From contig OZ037773.1 of NCBI GenBank assembly GCA_964035545.1, forward strand, positions 7,531,751 to 7,595,750: DNA of 64,000 nucleotides, in the 5' to 3' direction. The notes below the pieces were generated by a model that made no database searches, was not told where the DNA came from, and saw only the letters and a program-made list of their open reading frames with translations. The position numbers were made by a program, and so were the translations under genes. Positions 1 to 13,485 of the stretch are shown piece by piece. Source of the DNA: Bugula neritina. Its lineage: Eukaryota > Animalia > Bryozoa. Each line of letters starts with the position of its first letter. The stretch's first letter is position 1.

Positions 1-27
1 TAAACCTAACTTTCATTATCATTTCAC

Positions 28-704
28 CTTTGCAATATTGTGTGTTGCACTTCACGGTTTCCTTTTCACTTCCATAGCAATCATCTCCTCCGTAAGCTGG
101 AGCTGGGTTGGTACAAGTTCTAGTTCTAGATTTATATCCTGTACCACAGCTTTTAGAACAATCTCCGTAATATCCCCACTCACTCCATCCTCCATTTACT
201 GTGAAAATAGTTTTTATATAAAATCCAAATTATTATTGTATTGTTACTTCAAATGCTTGCAACAAGGGCTTGAAATGTTTTTTGATATTGCATGAAGTTG
301 ATGTTAGTAAAGCTCTACCAGACTTACCTTTACTGTAGTGAGAATACTTGTTAACATAACTGCTATAATTGTAGTTAGCAGCCAAAGCCACGCCTGCATA
401 AAACAAAGCACACTTTTAATACAGTTCATGTACAAGGTATATAGTTATAATATAACAAAACTCAAAGGGAACTGAAGTATTTTACTGTTTCAAACTGCTT
501 TCTATCTAACATATTGTTCATATTGGCTACACTGAAAGAGCTACCCTTTTTATTTCCTCAATCAAATAATATTTGCTATTTATGCTCACTTAAGTTGAGC
601 ATTTAATCTAAACTTTATATGGTGCCCTGGCATATTCTATAATAGATTTAATAATTTTTCTACTCACCTATAACAGCGTAAAAGGCAAAAACCTCAGCTT
701 TCAT
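28..704 (-). CDS. Gene A: secreted Tyr-rich TSP1-repeat protein, 3' end beyond window start
   Basis: Exons 704-668 (ATG; MKAEVFAFYAVI), 393-328 (GVALAANYNYSSYVNKYSHYSK) and 198-28 (171 nt; VNGGWSEWGYYGDCSKSCGTGYKSRTRTCTNPAPAYGGDDCYGSEKETVKCNTQYCK). All introns GT-AG, phase 1. Absent from the ORF track, which shows only the antisense ORF 38-295. Confidence 0.9.
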
Positions 705-990
705 GGTAATGACAGTCTATATCTATAAAAATACAAATTGATATAGTTTTAAACAATAATAGATAAGAACTATTTGACGTAATTCACTAAAAGTTTACTT
801 TCAAATCATAGGTAATAACATATGCAGCAGATTGTTCAATAGTTATATAGGACTTCTATTATATAATTATCACAATTTTTATAAACTAAAAAATGCATCA
901 AAGCACAATATTCAAAAAACAGTTTTAGCTAAATGCGTTGTTAGTAAAAAATTATTAGATAATTGAAGAATTAACTGTCTCTCAACTCAC

Positions 991-1064
991 ACTCTGCAGT
1001 ACCAACTCAGTTGAACAGTTTCAATCGTTGTGTGATTAAAACTGATTTCTCGCTTCTTTATATA
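991..1064 (-). promoter_or_regulatory. Gene A TATA box and non-coding exon 1
   Basis: TATATAAA on the minus strand at ~1057-1064 and a GTGAGT donor at 990-985; same layout as genes B-F. Confidence 0.6.
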
Positions 1065-3076
1065 CTAAAGGAATTCCACATTATCATCTATATTCAATTG
1101 CACATTTATTACTCAACTTTAACTGTAACTTGATGGTCTTATAATGACTTGACACTATTACCATATTGTTACCTTCCTACTTCAATTAAATTATTTATAA
1201 CGAGTGACTAATATGCAGTAACGTCTTTCATTCAGGAGTGAAATCACTGGAAAGGAGTTGTGCAAGAATGTTTTTAACAAGGAAGTGTTAAACTGCACGT
1301 ACTTTATTTTGGCTTGAATGCATTTTCAGATCAAAATTATTTAAATTAATAAGTGATAATGTGGAAAGGATGCTCATTATACTGGATTGCATGCTTGAAT
1401 CTGTTATACCAGTGCAATATAGCCATTATAACAGCTATTCATTTATTTTTAGGCATGCAAACACAATTTAATTAACACTAGTGCCAGCAAATTGTTTCTA
1501 ATGCATATGGTGTTAAATCGGGTACAAGAACGAGTTTTGCATGAGCAAATAAGCTCAACACAAAACTAATTCATATTATTCTCTATTTGTGTTTACGAAA
1601 TGTTTGCTGTTTAACCAATGCAACAATTTTAAATCAGAAGCTCAATTGAGATCAAGAAGTTTTAGATGCACTAAAAGCTACTAGCAATTACAGCCTGCGT
1701 CTCTGTTTACCTCGTTCTCTGCACTCAAAAGCAGGTCTATAATTCTATTAAACAGTAATATTATACACTGTCAGCGGGTATATTACACAGTAAAAGTGTA
1801 GTAGGCTACAATAACTGTAAAATAGCAATAAATACCTTCAGCTTACTTTCTAAACTCAGGGATGTATCTTGATGCTCCCCATCACAATTAGAGATTGATT
1901 CAAGTTTAAACAGTATGCAGTTCTACATGAATTTTAGAATATTTTTCTAGAATGTATTTGAACTGAAAAATGCAATCTAATTAGAATCTAAAAGTGCTTT
2001 CAGTGCTTTCATATAGAAAACTAGCTATATAGATGAAGACCGACATGCATTTTATAAGATAATCTACAATCTGTGCATGATGCATATAATGATAGAATTT
2101 AAATAGGTTCTTTCTTTTTGTTAGTAGTACTTACTTCCAAGCAGCAAAATAATTACCCAAAAAAAATTTGGAATACCATATTATTATAATAGTATATATA
2201 TATAACATCATAATATCAAGGCAATATGTCATATAGATATTTATTCTCATATAAAATATAAAAAACTGCACAATTTGTATGTATGTATTTAACAATAATT
2301 GTTGAAACACTTGCAGGTTCTGTTATTACAATATTTTAAATTAAGAAACAAATGTCCTATTACTTCTATATGCATGTTTTGTTCATCATGTGAGTTATGT
2401 ATGTATACAATGCATATCATATGATGATCATCTGTATAATAAGATATCCAGCTGTATAGCTTCAAATATCTGCTAGAGTAGCTGTACTCAATGCTAAAGT
2501 TGTCATTTTGAACTAGAAATAATAAAGTTAATAATATAGTACTAAGCTGCAGATGGGGATAAATTTCCTTTAATCTGTAAAAGGCAAACTGTATGCTTTA
2601 CAAAAACATTTGTACTTGTCTATTCAATTACCACAGATGGTTTCAACTAGAATTTTTTTTTATCCAAGTGCATTACAATCATGTTTTTTCAGCATTTTGT
2701 AGTGAATCCTTATTCATTTCGCCACCAGAAATCAAATTACTTAATGTACAACCGCTGGCGAAGCTAGTGGCACAATGCAAGATCACTCTGACGCCCAAGT
2801 TACGTTCTGCATGTCCAAAAAGTGTGTGAAAACTGATAAAAAGTGACGGTGAGAATTTACAGCACCATTCAGTAATAGATTAGGAATCTCAAAACAAGTG
2901 CAATAATTTACGTTAGTCTATAAAGAAGGAATTAAACTCGTTTGAGGAAATTTCAAATATCTAATCATTGAAACTATTACTTAGTTTCTCCATAGAATAG
3001 ACATTTATAATTTATTAAGGCTTAGTCACCTGACCGTTGAGGTGATCCATGATATCATACGATCTAAATACAGATA

Positions 3077-3150
3077 TGTCAAATGATAAATTACTCTATT
3101 GCTACAGCGAACTGTCAAATGATAAATTACTTAATTGCTACAGCGAGCTG
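3077..3150. repeat. 36-bp tandem duplication (2 copies)
   Basis: tgtcaaatgataaattact(ct/ta)attgctacagcga occurs twice in tandem. Confidence 0.85.
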
Positions 3151-4307
3151 TGGAAAAAAATTTTTCATTAACCAATGGGGAAAACTATGGTTGCATTTTT
3201 ATCACAAATAATTAGTTAGCTTGGCTTTGCTTCAAAGAGATGAAGTCAGAGGTGAGGTCATGTATTAGGTAGATAAGGGCATACCATCAGGTACAGGTAT
3301 ACTCACCTGTAGCAGGATGTACGAGTGTGCACGGTAAAGGAAGTTATGTATAGTAGACAGACGTTCTTGTGTCAGATATGGTGTAAGAGGTGTGGTTTTG
3401 TGATACTTCAGCTGAATCACTTGTAGAAGAAAGAGCTATAGAGATGATGGTAGAACTTAGTTGAAGACAAGAACACTAAATAAAATCTTATGCCAGAAAA
3501 TTAAATTTAAATCCTTAAGATATTTTGGGAAAATGTCCTTATTAGGTAACAACAGATAATTAATATACTGGTAACCTGTACCAATTTACAAAACAATGGT
3601 ATATGTACACTTTTTTGATATATTATATCAAAACAGTGTAGGCCTATACCATTATTAATAATTTTTTTTTACAATACTCCAGATTATTCGTAATATGCAT
3701 TCTGGCTTTTTTCTTCCTTTGAGCGATTGAAGCAATTTTAACCACCAGTGGCTTGCTAGGCCTATCTTGTTGTGCATGGACCATTATATCTTCTTGTTAG
3801 CCAGATTTTCATCAGCCACATGGAGGTCAGAGGTTGGATTTTATATAGGGCCATTATTAATAATAACAACAATAATACATGTAAATGCATTATCAGGTTC
3901 CTAAACATTCTGCTGATCCTGTACTCTACACAAGATGATGATTTACTGCTGCGGGGTATCTTATATATAATATTGGTACAAGTGCAACAAAACTTTGAAC
4001 AGTAAACAGCATGATACACTTGCATATGTGACAAGAAATTCTGAACATTTTATGTTGTAACACTAATAATAATGCAATCTTTAAACATGTGCACTTAGTT
4101 AGAAATTTGGACATTTGTTGCTAGATATTTTAGATAATTTCAAAATTCTTGTTGCTCAATTATATGTCACTCAAACTGATGCTGGAAGATTTTACATAAT
4201 TTATAAGCTAAGAAACACATTTATAAACTAAATTTATTTAATTTTTACTTAATTAACTTTGTTTTGCAAAGAAACACATACTTCAGCAATTTTTTATAGA
4301 AAAACTT

Positions 4308-4379
4308 TGCCTCCGCTGGGATTCGAACCACAGACCTCCAGCTTGCAAGCAAGTGTGCCAACCATTACACCATGGGGGC
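4308..4379 (-). pseudogene. Degenerate tRNA-like sequence (Ala-TGC-like pseudogene or SINE head)
   Basis: Reverse complement GCCCCCATGGTGTAATGGTTGGCACACTTGCTTGCAAGCTGGAGGTCTGTGGTTCGAATCCCAGCGGAGGCA has an A box, a B box (GGTTCGAATCC) and a D stem, but two acceptor-stem mismatches and a defective anticodon arm. Confidence 0.65.
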
Positions 4380-5699
4380 TACTGGGTAAACTCAATACTA
4401 CATCCCACCCAATTCTCAAGAACTCCACTGGCCTCTCCTCTACTCCTTCAGTCTTCAGGCTCCCCTGGCCACTCAACTCCCTCGGAGTACTACTACACTT
4501 TACTAAAGGCTGAAATTTAAAAAAAGATGTTTTTTACTCAAATATTTATATTTATGATTTATAGATATTATATATATACATGTACAATGAACCCCATAAC
4601 AAGGACAAATAATCTATTCTTTTGTAGTTTGTCATGCAGCATTGTTTTATTGCTTTTCAAGTTAAAAATATCATAGTGACTCATCACATAACAACGTCAT
4701 TATGTCGCTGCACAAAATTTATAACTTTCACATAATCTTAAAAACATATTTTTCATTTTCATTTTTTATTGGATGAAACGCCATCACTGATAAGAGTGTT
4801 CTGCATTGGCAAATTACTTAATGCAAAAAATTACAGCATATTTAAAAACTATGCAGTTCAACAAGATGATTATAATAAATGCTGAGTAATACATAAGACT
4901 ATAAGTGGAGTTATTGCCACACTTCTAAAGATAAGATTATTATCCTATTATAAGCTAAAAATAAAAATCTACAGTCTGTTGAAATTTCCTAGTTGCTTCC
5001 ATGTTTTAGATAATCTCATATAAATTTATGCAAATAAATGCATTAGATTAAAAAAAACTAGTTAAAATTCAATTTTGTTGCACCTCATAGAATTTATAAA
5101 ATTCTTATTATATCTCACCAAAATATTTTATGTAACAAGATCAAATAATTAATGACTATGTTTAGCAACATTGACAGCAGTAATAGAGCACCAACAAATG
5201 ACTTTTTTCTAGAAATGAACTGAAAAGCATAATATTAAGTATATATTGATATAAATTTTATAATTTTATGAAATATTTGGAGTTTTCAACACTTGAATTT
5301 CAACTTGATCTTGATAGAAAATGTTGGTCACTGAATTCCGGCACTAAAGTGTTTTACTGGTGTCTTCAAGAAATTTCTGAAACGCACTTATATATTTACT
5401 AATTTCAATACTAAAATAAAAATTCCTTTTGGTTAGCTAAAATTTTTATTATCTAAATAAAAACTTTATTAATATGTATCTTTTTACATTCCTTTTCATC
5501 TTACTTCAAAAATACTTTCCAATTTATCAAAAATTGCTTTTTGTATTATTGGCTAGTTTTTATCAGAAAGCTGAGTGTTATAAGTATTGAACTGTCAACC
5601 GCTGAGATTAAACAATAAATCGAGGTACTGATAGTATAATATTGAAGAGGTCATGTGGCAGGTCATCGGATCTCGTGACACAAAACTGATAAACTTTGC

Positions 5700-5776
5700 T
5701 ATATAAGTAAACTGATTTTTCATTATATTCGGAATAAAATCATATCTACATTGAAAAAAGATTTTTCAAGAAGTAT
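5700..5776 (+). promoter_or_regulatory. Gene B TATA box and non-coding exon 1
   Basis: TATATAA at 5700-5706; donor GTATGT (5773) or GTGAGT (5777). Confidence 0.6.
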
Positions 5777-6142
5777 GTGAGTAAAATACTATATATTATA
5801 ATTTGTCTTTTAAAATATAAGTTAATAATAGTATTATCAACAGCTGGTTAAAATAATGCTTTAAGGCAGAATGAATATATTGCGCACTGACGTTTGACCC
5901 AATACCCGTATTTTAATGAAAAACCTTTAGTTAACTTGTATTATAATAATATAATGTATTTTACTGCTTTTATAGTTCAAAACAAAAATACTGCAATGCA
6001 TGTTTGCATATGTTTAAAGTTTATTTACTCTATGGGTTTATTAAATAATTATAATGTAAATTGTATAAGTTCATATATTTACTATTTATTATACAACCTA
6101 TATGTTTCATTTTTCCTTATTTTGCAGATCAACTGCTACATT

Positions 6143-7903
6143 ATGAGAGGACAATTCCTGTGTCTGTTGGCCCTTTTAGGTACGTAATAATATATCAGAA
6201 CATAAAATATGTTTTGTTTGCTCAATGCTGTAATAGTGTTGATTAGTAAATTCACTCTTAATTATCGGTAAATTTTTTCTTAAAACGTAAATAATGTGTG
6301 TAGCGTTGGCATGGAAACGGAAAATAATATATAATGTAAAATTGACCAATTTCTAAGCAAGCAGAAATTCTTATTTATTATTATTCACACAACAAAAGTT
6401 GTCACCTTAACAGAATTTGTCACAAGTGCTGTTTATAACTTTGTGTATTATATTGTCTATACAGGCTTGGCAGCAGCAACTAACTACCATTATAGTAGTT
6501 ACTATGGCAACAAATATTCTACCCAGAAACCATACGTCAAGAAAGGTATATATGTCTAATGGCTTATTTATAATTTATTCATGAGCAAGTAGTATAACCA
6601 TTAATTATATTATATTACAATATATTATATTACAGTATCTTATATCATATTATATCATATTATATTATTTTATTTTATATTATATTGTATCATATTATAT
6701 TATTTTATATTATATTATATCAATTAACTACCTAACCATTAATTTTTAGTTATATTTATTATAACTAATAAATCGGTTAGCTCTAAATATCAAATGAAGA
6801 TTCAAATTGAGAAATGTTCAATTGAGTGAATAGAGGATGGAGTAGTTGGGAACATTATGGTAAATATATTGCGTTCAACTTTTTATAATTTATGCCAATA
6901 TAAAAGCAGAAACTTGCAAACTAAAACCTTTGTAAATCCTTTGCTTGAAACAATTAGTTTCTATTTCAGTTAATGGAGGATGGAGTGAGTGGAGCCATTA
7001 CTCTGCTTGTTCAGCTAACTGTGGAGGTGGAGATAAATACAGAACCAGAACTTGTACCAACCCAGCTCCATCTTACGGAGGAGATGATTGCTATGGAATT
7101 GCTAAACAGTTAGTCAAGTGTAATGTCCAGAAATGTAAAGGTCTGTTTATCTATTGTTAAGAACTGAAAATTACTTTTTCTGATATCATGTTCGGCTAAA
7201 TTACCTAGACCTTGATCATCAGTACATTGAACAAAAAATGCACCATGGTTTCATGATTGAAATAGAAAATTGGGTTATATAGTTCTAGATTCATTAAACA
7301 TCTTAATATATAACCAGTTCCCAGCTTCAGTTTTTACACTTAAATTAGTGCTTGTTTTGATTAAGCAATATCAACTCTTTTAATACACGTTGTGTAGCAG
7401 CGGCAGTTGAAAACAAAGTCCAAATTAACTACAACAATAAAAAATCTTATTGTTATTAGGATACTCTGTGCATGAAAACTAAGCAAATTCACCAACAATA
7501 AATGTGTGCATTATTTTCCAGTTGATGGAGGTTGGACATACTGGACTCACTGGTCTTCTTGTTCTGGTACATGTGGAACTGGCTCTCAGACCAGAACCAG
7601 AAGCTGTACAAACCCTCCACCAGCTTATGGTGGTAAATACTGCTATGGATCCAAACAGGAATCTAAAGCTTGTTATCACACCAAGAAATGTAAGTGATTA
7701 TATTTATTTTTATAACTGTATTTACTGCAATATTGGCTAACAGTGACTAGCACAAGTACTAATGTTTTCAGTATTTTATAAATCAATGTAAGATTTTAGT
7801 GAAAGTCAGCAGTTTAAACCAGATGATGTCTGAGACACATGTTTGAGTACTTTAGATTCTACAAATTTATATTTCTATAGGCTACAGCTATGGTTTGTAC
7901 TAA
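6143..7903 (+). CDS. Gene B: secreted Tyr-rich protein with 2 TSP1 repeats (~159 aa)
   Basis: Exons 6143-6179 (MRGQFLCLLALL), 6465-6545 (GLAAATNYHYSSYYGNKYSTQKPYVKK), 6970-7140 (TSR1), 7522-7689 (TSR2), 7881-7903 (CYSYGLY*). All introns phase 1. AATAAA at 8061. Confidence 0.9.
6603..6722. repeat. (TATTA)n-type microsatellite
   Basis: Degenerate pentamer tandem repeat in a gene B intron. Confidence 0.8.
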
Positions 7904-10743
7904 ACACAGACTACGAGAATCTGGAAATGTTCAACCCTCTGCCAATAGTGATTGATTTGCTTTGCTTGATACATTGACTATAGTTTATATATAAAATATT
8001 GTTTGAAATAATTGTGAACCCTCCTGTTATGAGTAGCATCCATATATATAGTAGCATTTTAATAAATGATTAAGTTTTGTTACTTTCCTTTCATTGTTTT
8101 TCTGTTTAGCTATAACTATATGCAATAAAACTTTCTGAAGCAATTCTAATTCTTCTTCTAATTAACTTTCTATTTATCCTAATTTAAACTTTCAAAAGTA
8201 AATTGTTTAAAAATAGAAACTTGGTGCAAAACAGTATAAATTAAAGCGCAATTTCAAATTACCATTGATTGGATATTGACTTGATTATGATGCCCAGTTA
8301 CAGTTTTCACCTTCATTATAATATCATTGTTAATTATTGTAGCAAATAATATAAACAATAAGCACATGGCATGGGTATAGATTGTGACCATAGTGGCATG
8401 TAACTATGAAATGTAGTTATGTATAAAATTGTCTTACCTACTTTTCTGATTTTCTATAAGGTCATGTGACACATTTACTAACAAAGAACAAATTTTGCTA
8501 AACTAATCAAAATGCCACAAAGTAACTTTGGTGGTTCTATAAAATTCATTTGAAATATATCAGGTAGAATTAAAAAACAATTCTAGAGCCTAAAATACAG
8601 CATTACATGATGGTGGTTGTTGCGGAACATTACTCAGATTTTATAAATCAGTTTTCTAAAAGAATATTTGCGGCCAAACAAAAGAACTCTGTTTAAATTC
8701 AATTATGCATGAATAGTAAATGCTAATTTAACTTTTTTTTCAGAAGTGAAACATAGAATATTTGTTTTGAATCTTGTTATTAATGGCATACTGATAAAAG
8801 AATAATTTTTGTTTCAATTTATCCTGCAGCACCTGGCATAGAAGGATTATCTGAAATACATGCTAGTTTAATATTAGGAAGTTATGTTCTCTTACTTTTA
8901 CCTCCTTCATAGGGTATGTATGGCGATGCAGAAGCATTATGATAAATACCTTGCAGGTAACATCACTTCTTTAGCTTTGTGGTAAAACATGTTTTGAGAA
9001 GTTGCTTGTTGCAACAATGGCAGCTATAATAACGTTACTGTTTATTAGTAAAATTATATTTTTCTGCTACTTTTTATCTTAAACAAGACTGATGTATGCA
9101 CAGTAGCACAAGGCTAGAAATTTTCCTTAGCAAAAATCAAGCACTACAGGCTATAGAACGTAGAAAACTCCCATACTATAACAACTTTATTGCTACACAA
9201 ACTGAATGGTGAAACTGCAAAATAAAGTTACAGGAATACTTCTATAGTTTAATTATAGAAACCAACTAGTGGTGTAGGTATATATAGAAATTTCACCCGG
9301 ATGGAGCAAACAGACTAGGACTCTAGTCAGAATATTATTTGCTTCTACAAATTCTATTGCGCTGAACCAAACATCTAGGTTTGTATTTGAAATATTATAA
9401 CTAAAAAATAAAAATACCCTCATGTTATTAAAGTGCATTATACTAATGTTATAATATTTATATATACTAAAGGTTTTCTATTGCTAATTATGTCAATTTA
9501 AACTATTGAGAGCACCACATGACGTAAAGTGCAGGTTCTTAATCACTGCTAGTATATTAGTGACTCATAATAATAATTCCAACTTATGGATTAAGCTAGG
9601 TTTATTAGAAGCTCAGCGGATTTTATTTCCTCGTCTTGAACGTTATGAAAGTCAATTGTAACACTTAACTAGCTTATAACCATATGCTATTAAATGAACC
9701 TCTCCATTCTAACTTTAAAACTATATTGCACTATACATGAAGCCAAACTTTTAAGGGTAATAGTTTACTGACTATAATAAAGTTATAGAGATTATTTGAA
9801 AGCATGCCAGAAGGCACTAGCAGTATACATGCATATTCTTAGCTAATTCTAGGCTTCCTTTCTTAATGCCATTTGACCAATAATTAGCATACCGACACAT
9901 TCGTAGGTTAGTGTACCATTAAAAAGTTGGTACCAACTTTGTTTTCAACTTTTGAGAAAGCATAAATTTATTCTTGTTGGCTCATTGCGGAGATCCATGT
10001 AAAACGAACAAAGGGGGGTGCTGTGTTCACTTGGATTAGAATACGAAACAAGTACTATAAAAGGAAGTAACTCGAGGTTTTGTAGGCTAGCTGCAGTTGC
10101 ATGCCTGATGCAGATCTACTGTTGCCGTTGGATCTATGTATATTTGTAGACTATAATGGCTTCTAATTATTATGCTTGGCATGAGGCTTGTGAATCAGTG
10201 GCTCTCATTTAAATATTCAAATACAAGATCCAAAATTACTTCTTAAAGTATAAACACAAAAATAACTTTATATTCAGCTGGCCACAGCCTGGAAGAAGCT
10301 TGGCTGTTAGAGAAATGTTTAAAAATTGTATGGGGCGCAAAGGCCATCACGGTTGCTCTTTTACAGTTGACCGCACTTACTGGAGTTTAAATTTAAGCAT
10401 AAAATAAAATTTGACCAAGCTTCAGAAACTTAGTCAAAGGGGTGCACCAGTATGATGGTAATCAAATTGTAGATGGACATCTTTTAACTCCGCAATAAAC
10501 TAAGCATAAGACCAAGCCTTCAAGATTACAAGTTAGAGTCCAACACCTAATAGGAGTGTTCTAAGAACATTTTATAGTGCATTTATAATAATCTTTATGG
10601 CTAAATAAACCAAAGCTATAATATAGCAGCTTTACCATTATATCTGTAAATCTTACAAATCATTTTCTCTGATATAACGAGCTGTTTTTTCTACTTTAGA
10701 TTACAGTAAGAAAATCAAAGTATGCACATTAAATCCTTTGCGT

Positions 10744-10823
10744 TTGGTCTTGTGACACAGTTGGTCATGTGACACATTTGGTAATGAGACACAGTTGGTC
10801 ATGTGACAAGGTTGGTCATGTGA
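10744..10823. repeat. 17-bp tandem repeat (~4.7 copies) with GTCATGTGA core
   Basis: ttggtcatgtgacacag-type units start at 10744, 10761, 10778, 10795 and 10812. Confidence 0.85.
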
Positions 10824-12254
10824 TGTATGCTTCACCTCTTTTACCAACAAATATTTTATCATAAAAAATTAAATAAAATTATATTAGTACCAATGCAAGG
10901 AGCATTTCATGTACAGCTTAATTATGTTATGCATTCCTTCTGTGAATCACTATAGAAGTTAAAATCTTTGCTGTTCTAATTTTGTAAAATTTTTCGTAAT
11001 AATCTATAACTTTTTATTATTATGGAATAGTTTTTGACTCAGCAATTTATTCCTTAAGCGTTGCCAATGTTTCGAGATATCTCAAAGCTGAAGTACCATC
11101 TCGAGCCTAGCTGTCTCTTCTAATAAACTATTTATAACTCAGCTAATAGCTGGTAGTCATAGATCCTTGGAACCTAGACAATTTAATAATTATATGGTAA
11201 TGATTAATCTTTGTGTAGCACATTATACGGTTTGATTAGTTAAGACGTGCTGAACTGAAGTAAGAAATATATCTGTCTTTCTTTAACTGTTTGAAGTTAT
11301 CATGATTAATTGATAAAGCAAAACTTATTTCTTCTTCTGCCGCAAACATTGTGTGGGTAGTAATTATTTAAATTTCCTCAAATTTAGTAGATAATTAATT
11401 TATTTCTCACAACCTGTGAATAAATAGGATTTTAATAGAGATAATTAACGATGAATCATGCACAATAACCATAAAATCTAGCTAATAGACTTCCTTAGCT
11501 GCTTTTAAAGACTTATGGTGCTAGACTGTGATATACATGTTATTTACGTCTGCATGTTTACTTCCAGGGGATGCAAATGTTCTTCATAATTAATAAACCT
11601 GGTGGTAACTGAATATGTTGAAATTTTCTGTTTATGTGTTTATAGCTGGCGTCTTTCTAGGGTCATCTAAGGTCATCTGTATAGTCAGCAGAGTTGGCAT
11701 TAGTCTACTTAATTATATTAACTTATAGTTTTTTCATCTTACCACGTTTGCCAGAGTGTTATGTTCACATATTTCATACAAATTAGACTAATTCAAGAGA
11801 TTATTGCATATACTATAGTTGTTGCATGCATTTAGCTTGTAGTCAACTTCTTCATATGCGTAGTTCACATAAGTAGATGCAATATTTTGCATAAATACAC
11901 TTTAACAACTTTTCGTTCAAATTTATTTAAAAATATCTGTAACAGTTGGCGATAGTTTTATAAAAATTGGAATGTTTTACAAATCCTGCCTCTACTTTTT
12001 AAATATCTTGCATGTTTATGACTTTGAAGTTCGCCTCTTCATGCAATTTTTTTGTCTACTATATCATGTATTTTCATCTAAGTTGAAAAATACTTTCAAT
12101 GAAAGAACATTCCTTACTTTGAGTAATCATTGAGAAATAATCGTTTAAAAATAGCTGTCATGCTGTCATGCTGTCACCAAACAAAGGGTTTATGATTTGA
12201 TTCCTTATCCAAAAAAACAGAAGTAATTGTTTTATATTGTTAGCTGCACTTATA

Positions 12255-12315
12255 CCAAATAGTGCTTCCAACAGAAGTACTTATATCAAGTACTTCGGTT
12301 GGAAGCACTATTTGG
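12255..12315. repeat. 61-nt near-perfect hairpin/palindrome
   Basis: ccaaatagtgcttccaacagaagtactt-atatc-aagtacttcggttggaagcactatttgg: 28-bp stem, one mismatch, 5-nt loop. Confidence 0.9.
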
Positions 12316-13416
12316 CGTCGCAAGGCATGGAGTAGAATAGTGATATAGGGAAAATAACTTCTTCTTCATAAACTAGGTTCTTCTCTTGTTTAAAGTTGAA
12401 TATAATGTGAACCTGTAAATGCTTAAAAGTTATATAAGATTATGCTATAATTATTGCTAATCAATCATTACACGAATGAGCCAATTGGATTGTCCAGAGG
12501 CCAGTTATATGGGGTAATATAGGGTTGGCAAATTTGAATTGCGTTGCAAATTTTTTTGTGAAAATAAAGATAAATAGTAAAATTTATTCTTGAATAGTAT
12601 ATTTTAAAAGGTAAGGTGATAATTTTCAAATTACCTATTTGAAATTTAGGCAAAAGCGGCTTTTAAAAAATATAATGAAATAGGAACTCTAAAAACTGGT
12701 TGAGTGGTTATATAAATTATATGCAATGTATGTTAAAGTCAGGTTTCTAATCAAAGTGCCTCATGTTGAATAACTTAGAAAATCTACCAGTGGAGTGTTG
12801 CTGTGAATTAGTGCATTTCTCATGGCAACATTTATTATTAATTGTCATTGCAATACATCATTAGGACGGCACCAAGCTAACACCAAGGTACTGAGGTACA
12901 CTCGTGTGTACCTGAGTTGCTATATTTAGAAGCTATATAGCTTTTTATGATATTAACTCACATTTTTAATTAAGATCTTGGCAGATGAAGTCAAATTCCA
13001 CTCACTTATTACCTTGAGGAAGTTTTTTTCTAAGATTCACGTAATTCCACGAGAAAGGTAAGGCTTAGTAGCAAATCATACTAATTTAAGGCTTCCTTGT
13101 ACAGGCTGGTCCAGTTCTTATACATTAGCTTATCAAAGACGGTAATTAACATTAAAATAATCCGTGACTTACAATAAATTATATTCTATTTTCTAAGTTT
13201 ATTGCATTACAGTAATTTATTACTTTCGTAGCCAGTGGTAATCGCAGTCATTGAACCAAAACTGACACGGGGCTATTAGTTATAAACATTACCTGTGTGA
13301 ATATCTTACTAATGATATTAATTCCCTTAACTACAAAGAGTATAATTTTATGCAGCGCAAGTGGTGACTTCTACTGCCACCATTGCTAAGGACATGATTA
13401 ATGAGGTATGGCTGTA

Positions 13417-13485
13417 TATATAAGCCCGCGTCTAGTTTCCAACACTCATTCGACTGCTGGCGCTTAGAACTATACCTTGTTAAAG
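13417..13485 (+). promoter_or_regulatory. Gene C TATA box and non-coding exon 1
   Basis: TATATAA at 13417-13423, Inr-like TCATT about 25 nt downstream, AG|GTAAGT donor at 13486. Confidence 0.65.

Noticed and set aside
38-295. 85-aa plus-strand ORF
   Set aside because: Antisense shadow of the gene A TSR exon.
3762-4114. Overlapping ORFs with slightly raised GC
   Set aside because: No recognisable domain and no consistent exon chain.
4308-4379. Functional tRNA-Ala gene
   Set aside because: Acceptor-stem mismatches and a malformed anticodon arm; kept only as tRNA-derived.
9900-10600. GC-elevated intergenic stretch, possible exon or TE remnant
   Set aside because: Stops in the frames examined, no motif and no terminal repeats found.
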